Source: an uncultured Erysipelotrichaceae bacterium (lineage in GTDB: Bacteria > Bacillota_I > Bacilli_A > Erysipelotrichales > Erysipelotrichaceae). Taken from it: a stretch of 32,000 nt of DNA. Of the stretch, positions 31,029 through 32,000 are shown piece by piece. Location: positions 1,710,001 through 1,742,000 of the forward strand of contig OW818668.1 in the NCBI GenBank assembly GCA_942493105.1, given 5' to 3'. Below the pieces are notes generated by a model, which was not told where the DNA came from, did not search any database, and worked only from the letters and a program-made list of their open reading frames with translations. A program made the translations under genes and the position numbers. The first letter of the stretch is position 1. The number at the start of each line of letters is the position of its first letter.

Positions 31029-31949
31029 TTAATCACCAAAGTGATTGATTTTATGAATATCTTGAATTGCATCTGATGAAACCATGCCTACCAACTCAAA
31101 ACATTGCTTCTGTGGATCAAAAACAAAATCATCCAAGAGATGGAAATTTTCAATTTGTTTGGTGGAATTCACATGAGTTCGAGGGCCAGTACAGTATTGG
31201 ATGATTTCACTTCCAATTTTGATATGTGTTGGATCCAAATAGCTGATGATCAAGTCTTGCTGAATAAGTGATTTGACTTTCTTTTCCAGGACACCTAAAG
31301 AAACTCTCGGTTTTTTATTGAAAGATAAGATGAATCCATGTTTAACATCCCCATGTCCATCACATAAAACTTGATACTCACTCTCTAAGATATGAACCAA
31401 TAAATCCTCAGCACTGTGAGCCATCCTCCGATATAACAACGATTTATACACCGTATTTTTGATGTCTGAAGGTTCAGGTCCAAATAAATTGGGTCGGGCT
31501 ACGATCACTTCTTCTCCTATCCCAATTAAAATATCTCCATTAATTCCCAGTTGTTCATAAACAGAATCAAAATGTTCGACGATCACACGTCTTTTTTCAC
31601 TCAATGCAGCCTTGATTGCATCGATCAACTCATAAGCTTGAGAGAAAGCCAATTCAAATCTCAAATCGATATGATAAGTATGCGCAATGAATTTGTGTTT
31701 TGAATGATCACGCATCAAAGGTGCAGGTCGTGTATTGATTCCATCATCATCGTTGGTCAATTCAAGACCGGGAAACATCCCTTTGATTAAAAGTGACTTG
31801 CCGCTTCCTGCATCGCCGATGATGCCGATCAATTTATCGGTCGGCAACAGATACATCTGTGAGATTTGATTCCCTAGATTTTGCATACGCTGACTTCCTC
31901 TAGGGGCAAAAAAGGTGGCATATCTTAATTGTTCAATACTTGGGCTCAT
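31029..31949 (-). CDS. uncharacterised P-loop NTPase with tRNA_SAD-like C-terminal half
   Basis: 306 aa. AAGGAG RBS (31958-31963) lies 8 nt upstream. Walker A is GIIGDAGSGKS (31794-31817) and a candidate Walker B is RRVIVEHFD. The C-terminal half contains AHSAEDLL and YCTGPRTHV (31170-31196), reminiscent of the HxxxH and CxGxH zinc motifs of the ThrRS/AlaRS second additional domain. It ends 9 nt upstream of glmS. Confidence 0.6.
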   Translation of the reverse strand: MSPSIEQLRYATFFAPRGSQRMQNLGNQISQMYLLPTDKLIGIIGDAGSGKSLLIKGMFPGLELTNDDDGINTRPAPLMRDHSKHKFIAHTYHIDLRFELAFSQAYELIDAIKAALSEKRRVIVEHFDSVYEQLGINGDILIGIGEEVIVARPNLFGPEPSDIKNTVYKSLLYRRMAHSAEDLLVHILESEYQVLCDGHGDVKHGFILSFNKKPRVSLGVLEKKVKSLIQQDLIISYLDPTHIKIGSEIIQYCTGPRTHVNSTKQIENFHLLDDFVFDPQKQCFELVGMVSSDAIQDIHKINHFGD

Positions 31950-32000
31950 GGATTAAACTCCTTAAGTTGATTTAGATAACGAAAAAACAAGAATGTTCTT

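Noticed and set aside
31950-32000. Cobalamin riboswitch or promoter upstream of the glutamate mutase operon
   Set aside because: Only 51 nt are visible before the window ends. Apart from the RBS, nothing can be judged, so no call is made.

Overview
Chromosomal segment of a low-GC Gram-positive (Bacillota-type) genome. This is judged from a T-box leader, TTGACA/TATAAT sigma-A promoters, AGGAGG ribosome-binding sites and a hisZ plus short-form hisG pair; the taxon cannot be fixed without a database search. The window is almost entirely coding (about 31 genes), with many stop/start overlaps. From left to right: (1) valS (truncated at the left edge), preceded by a GNAT acetyltransferase, both behind one T-box leader; (2) a tightly coupled typA-tgt-queA-queH unit; (3) a complete histidine operon, hisZ-G-D-C-B-H-A-F-IE; (4) mutY, converging on and overlapping a patatin-like lipase gene; (5) small membrane protein-gnd-zwf; (6) a membrane-anchored MBG/YDG-repeat surface protein; (7) degV, a nitroreductase-family gene and a DUF853 (YjgR/HerA-like) ATPase, divergent from a lipoprotein thermonuclease; (8) the most interesting part, a seven-gene minus-strand operon (24865-31949). 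Its core is coenzyme-B12-dependent glutamate mutase (glmS-glmL-glmE) plus methylaspartate ammonia-lyase. That core is preceded by an uncharacterised P-loop protein with a tRNA_SAD-like C-terminal half and followed by a split AtuA-like DUF1446/DUF4387 pair. The canonical next enzymes, mesaconase and citramalate lyase, are not present in the window. I found no rRNA, tRNA, CRISPR array, transposase, integrase or obvious prophage genes. All calls come from by-eye motif recognition; no searches or folding programs were run.
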